A stretch of DNA of 64,000 nt from an uncultured delta proteobacterium (GTDB lineage Bacteria > Desulfobacterota > BSN033 > UBA1163). A program made the translations under genes and the position numbers. The stretch spans positions 192,001 to 256,000 of the forward strand of contig CAWHBU010000005.1 in assembly GCA_963827685.1 (NCBI GenBank). The letters are read 5' to 3'. The notes under the pieces are model-generated. The model made no database searches, had not been told where the DNA came from, and saw only the letters and a list, made by a program, of their open reading frames with translations. Shown here in pieces: positions 61,223 to 64,000 of the stretch (positions are counted from its first letter, which is position 1; each line of letters opens with the position of its first letter).

Positions 61223-62350
61223 TTAACCCAATTCTTTTATAAAATTTGTGAGATCCTGTCTCGTCCTCTCTAGCGTAAAACCTCTTGCTACATCAATCCC
61301 CTTCTCTTGGCACCTCTCCCTAAGTCCTCTGTCTTCGATAAAAGTGAGAACCCCTTCAGCAATTCTATCCGGTCGATGAGTTGGGACAAAATAGGCAAAA
61401 TCTCTCCCTGTTCCAAAATTCCTGTAACTCGATATTTCAGTGAATATGGAGGGAACACCGCTCGCAAGGGCTTCCATGGCTGGCAAACCAAATCCTTCAC
61501 CCTCAAGTGAAGAAGAGATAAAGATATCCATACTCCGATAGAGTTCTGCCATTTCCTTCTCTCTTAAATTGATGTAATATTGATCGACCAGTTTTCCCAC
61601 TTCCTCTCTTTCAGAAGGAGGATGAGGAGAAACTCTTATGAATTCTACAGGGATTCCTCTTTCTTTCAATATTCTTATGGATTGGAGGGTATCTGGGATC
61701 CCTTTAAACCCTACCTGCATCGAGCCGACAGACAAAATCCTGATCCTTCCATTTTCGCCCCAGATCCTATTTCCATCGGGATAAAATATTTTTGGATCGA
61801 TGCCATTTTGTATGAGACCACATTTCTGGTGATAGCGTTTTTCAATCAACTCGACCAGATGTTTGGAAACCGCCGCTTTAATTGTCGGAAGGGCATAGAT
61901 CGACTCAATCTCCTTGATCCTCTTTATAAATTTCAATATATCCATGCCCCTTTTCAATATTGGAAAGAAGCCTCTCCTCAAATATTTCTCAGTTATCGCC
62001 TCGCCCTTGATCCTTGACATATAATCGATTGGCTCATAACCCTGGCAAAGATGAACCATCTTCGCCTTGCCTCTCTGAAAAAGCCTCTTCACATCACTAT
62101 ATAAGGTTCCGACATAGATATCACAATTTGGGATATCATCCTCCGTTTTCACAATCATTGGCTTTTCATATAAATTTAACTCTGCTAAATTCAATTCTGT
62201 TTGCACATTTTTTGTCACGAGGAATGTCTCATAACCCATTTCATTAAGTATCTTCACATGTTGCGAAACTACTTTTACACCCCCAGATGTCGCCAACTTG
62301 CCGTACCTATCTTTCAGGACATAATCCTTGATAAAATACCCTATCTTCAT
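61223..62350 (-). CDS. GT4 glycosyltransferase
   Basis: SGGVK, NGID, EGFGLPAMEALASG. Confidence 0.88.
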   Translation of the reverse strand: MKIGYFIKDYVLKDRYGKLATSGGVKVVSQHVKILNEMGYETFLVTKNVQTELNLAELNLYEKPMIVKTEDDIPNCDIYVGTLYSDVKRLFQRGKAKMVHLCQGYEPIDYMSRIKGEAITEKYLRRGFFPILKRGMDILKFIKRIKEIESIYALPTIKAAVSKHLVELIEKRYHQKCGLIQNGIDPKIFYPDGNRIWGENGRIRILSVGSMQVGFKGIPDTLQSIRILKERGIPVEFIRVSPHPPSEREEVGKLVDQYYINLREKEMAELYRSMDIFISSSLEGEGFGLPAMEALASGVPSIFTEISSYRNFGTGRDFAYFVPTHRPDRIAEGVLTFIEDRGLRERCQEKGIDVARGFTLERTRQDLTNFIKELG

Positions 62351-62485
62351 CCCTTCTCCGTCTTTATTTCTTCTTCCTCTCTCGCCAAGATCAATATATT
62401 TTCGCTCATGATCAGTCGGCGATAAGTAAACGATTTCTCTTTCTATGCTCTTTTAACCAGCCAATGGAGAAAATTTTCATCATAT

Positions 62486-63091
62486 TTACGATTGAGAATG
62501 AAAAATTCCTTTGAGGCGTGCCACCCTCCGCTCTAGCTTTTTTAAGATTTGGTCATCACTCCCCACGGTTCTCAAAGGAGGGAGTCTACCCCATGTCTCC
62601 GGATTAGAAGTCTTCTGAGCCGTGACCCATATCCCCTTCGGTCTTTTTAAATTTCCCTCCAAGGCACAATCCAAAATTTTAAACCGATTCAATAAAAGCT
62701 CAATCCCATCCGGTGTAAATCTCCAATAATCTTTGGGAGCACGATGGATCTTAAAATGCATAACAGTGGTCAAGATGAGAAGTCCATTTGGACGAAGCAC
62801 ACGATGGATTTCATCGATCGCCTTTTGAGGATGGGGAAGGTGCTCAAGGGATTCGAGGTTCAATACCAATCCAATGCTCTCATCTGAAATCGGCTTCATG
62901 TCTGCGATATCACAGATAATGTCAATGCAGGCCGGGTTGAAGTCCGTCATATCCTGCTTAATATACCGTTTTCCTGGAAAGAGGGGCTGATAAAAATTCG
63001 GTTCCCATCCGGCGCAGGTATCGAGGATAGGTTCCTCAAAGGGGAAACGCCCGATCGCCCATTTGACATAGTTGACAATCGCTTTTCTCAA
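62486..63091 (-). CDS. Methyltransferase type 11 domain protein
   Basis: LEHLPHP..AIDEIHRVLRPNG, H.APKDYWRFT. Confidence 0.78.
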   Translation of the reverse strand: MRKAIVNYVKWAIGRFPFEEPILDTCAGWEPNFYQPLFPGKRYIKQDMTDFNPACIDIICDIADMKPISDESIGLVLNLESLEHLPHPQKAIDEIHRVLRPNGLLILTTVMHFKIHRAPKDYWRFTPDGIELLLNRFKILDCALEGNLKRPKGIWVTAQKTSNPETWGRLPPLRTVGSDDQILKKLERRVARLKGIFHSQS

Positions 63092-64000
63092 TTAGATCTC
63101 CTTCCCTTCGCTTGTTTCTGCACCACCCGAGTCAGGATAGAAAAAAGGCGGGGCGCACAGGCCTGGTAGGTGTAGTTTTCCAAGACCCTTCTTCTCCCCT
63201 CGCGACCCATCTGTTCCCTCAATCCGGGATTTTCAATAAGGAGAGAAAGCTTTTCCTCCCATTCCTTAGGAGTCACCGCCCAAAATCCATTAGTCCCGCC
63301 CTCGACCAGATCCTTGTTGATCCCCACAGGGGTACAAACCACGGGAACACCTACTCCCTGGTACTGTATAATCTTGAGGCCGCATTTCCCCCATGACCAT
63401 GGATCATCAACGAGGGGCATCAGACCAATATCAAACCCCTGTAGATCAGCCACCTCTTCCTCTAAACTCCAATTTTTCTTAATCACTTTCATCCGATCAC
63501 AAGCGAAAAAAGTGTCACAGACAATCTTCAGTTCCACATGAGGATATTTTGCGCCTATCCTGTCGAAAATAGGTCTCATCTTTTCCAAATAATGAATCGA
63601 ACCATGATCCCCGATCCACCCAAGGGTCACCCTTTCCTGTTGAACCGGATAGGTTTTTAAATGATATCTTTCCTGATCAATCGCCGTGGGGATCACCTCG
63701 ACATTTTGATTAAATGGAAGCACCTCGCTCTTCAAAAATTCATTTCCGGCGATGACGAAGTCAGAGTTTTTGACCATCTGGATAAAACGTCTTCTCCGGG
63801 TTGAAGAAAGTGGATCTTTGGCCTTTGAGTTTCGATACATCACCGAATCATCAAAATCATAGAGTATCCGTTTCGCCCTTCTCCTCAACAATCCAAGCCG
63901 GGGTTGATTGAATCTTTTCCTCTGAAGAAAAACGATATCATATTGGGAGAGTTCGTTGAAGAATCGAAAATTCTCTTTCAAGGTCCTGGGATAGAGGCTG
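63088..64000 (-). CDS. GT4 glycosyltransferase, 3' part (starts beyond window)
   Basis: YDFDD, GWIG, GKCGLKIIQY..GVPVV; the frame is open to the window edge. Confidence 0.85.
   Translation of the reverse strand, partial: SLYPRTLKENFRFFNELSQYDIVFLQRKRFNQPRLGLLRRRAKRILYDFDDSVMYRNSKAKDPLSSTRRRRFIQMVKNSDFVIAGNEFLKSEVLPFNQNVEVIPTAIDQERYHLKTYPVQQERVTLGWIGDHGSIHYLEKMRPIFDRIGAKYPHVELKIVCDTFFACDRMKVIKKNWSLEEEVADLQGFDIGLMPLVDDPWSWGKCGLKIIQYQGVGVPVVCTPVGINKDLVEGGTNGFWAVTPKEWEEKLSLLIENPGLREQMGREGRRRVLENYTYQACAPRLFSILTRVVQKQAKGRRSN

Overview
This window looks like a deltaproteobacterial-type (Desulfobacterota-like, inferred from gene order) chromosome segment, with almost all genes on the minus strand. 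Positions 1-17.7 kb hold a housekeeping run: xerC-hslV-hslU-argB-argD-argG-leuS-lptE-efp-epmA, then an RNA methyltransferase, a single-chain restriction-modification enzyme and a partial holA. A small nucleotidyltransferase gene pair and a dodecin lie on the plus strand. Positions 17.8-64 kb hold a very large surface-glycan locus. It includes O-acetylation (MBOAT+SGNH), a CDP-C-methyl-deoxysugar block, WbpB/D/I-like genes, a flippase, GT-C transferases and many methyltransferases. It also includes a decaying GDP-heptose modification block with an IS256, bracketed by duplicated GT2 sequence. The most unusual non-annotated signal is a dispersed family of 7-bp-period arrays. These form inverted pairs at successive operon junctions and have entered coding sequence (lptE, argD, wecB). 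Short GC-rich palindromes (CCTGCC...GGCAGG) also insert into each other and into these arrays. No rRNA, tRNA or CRISPR array was seen. All calls come from reading motifs by eye; no database search was run.
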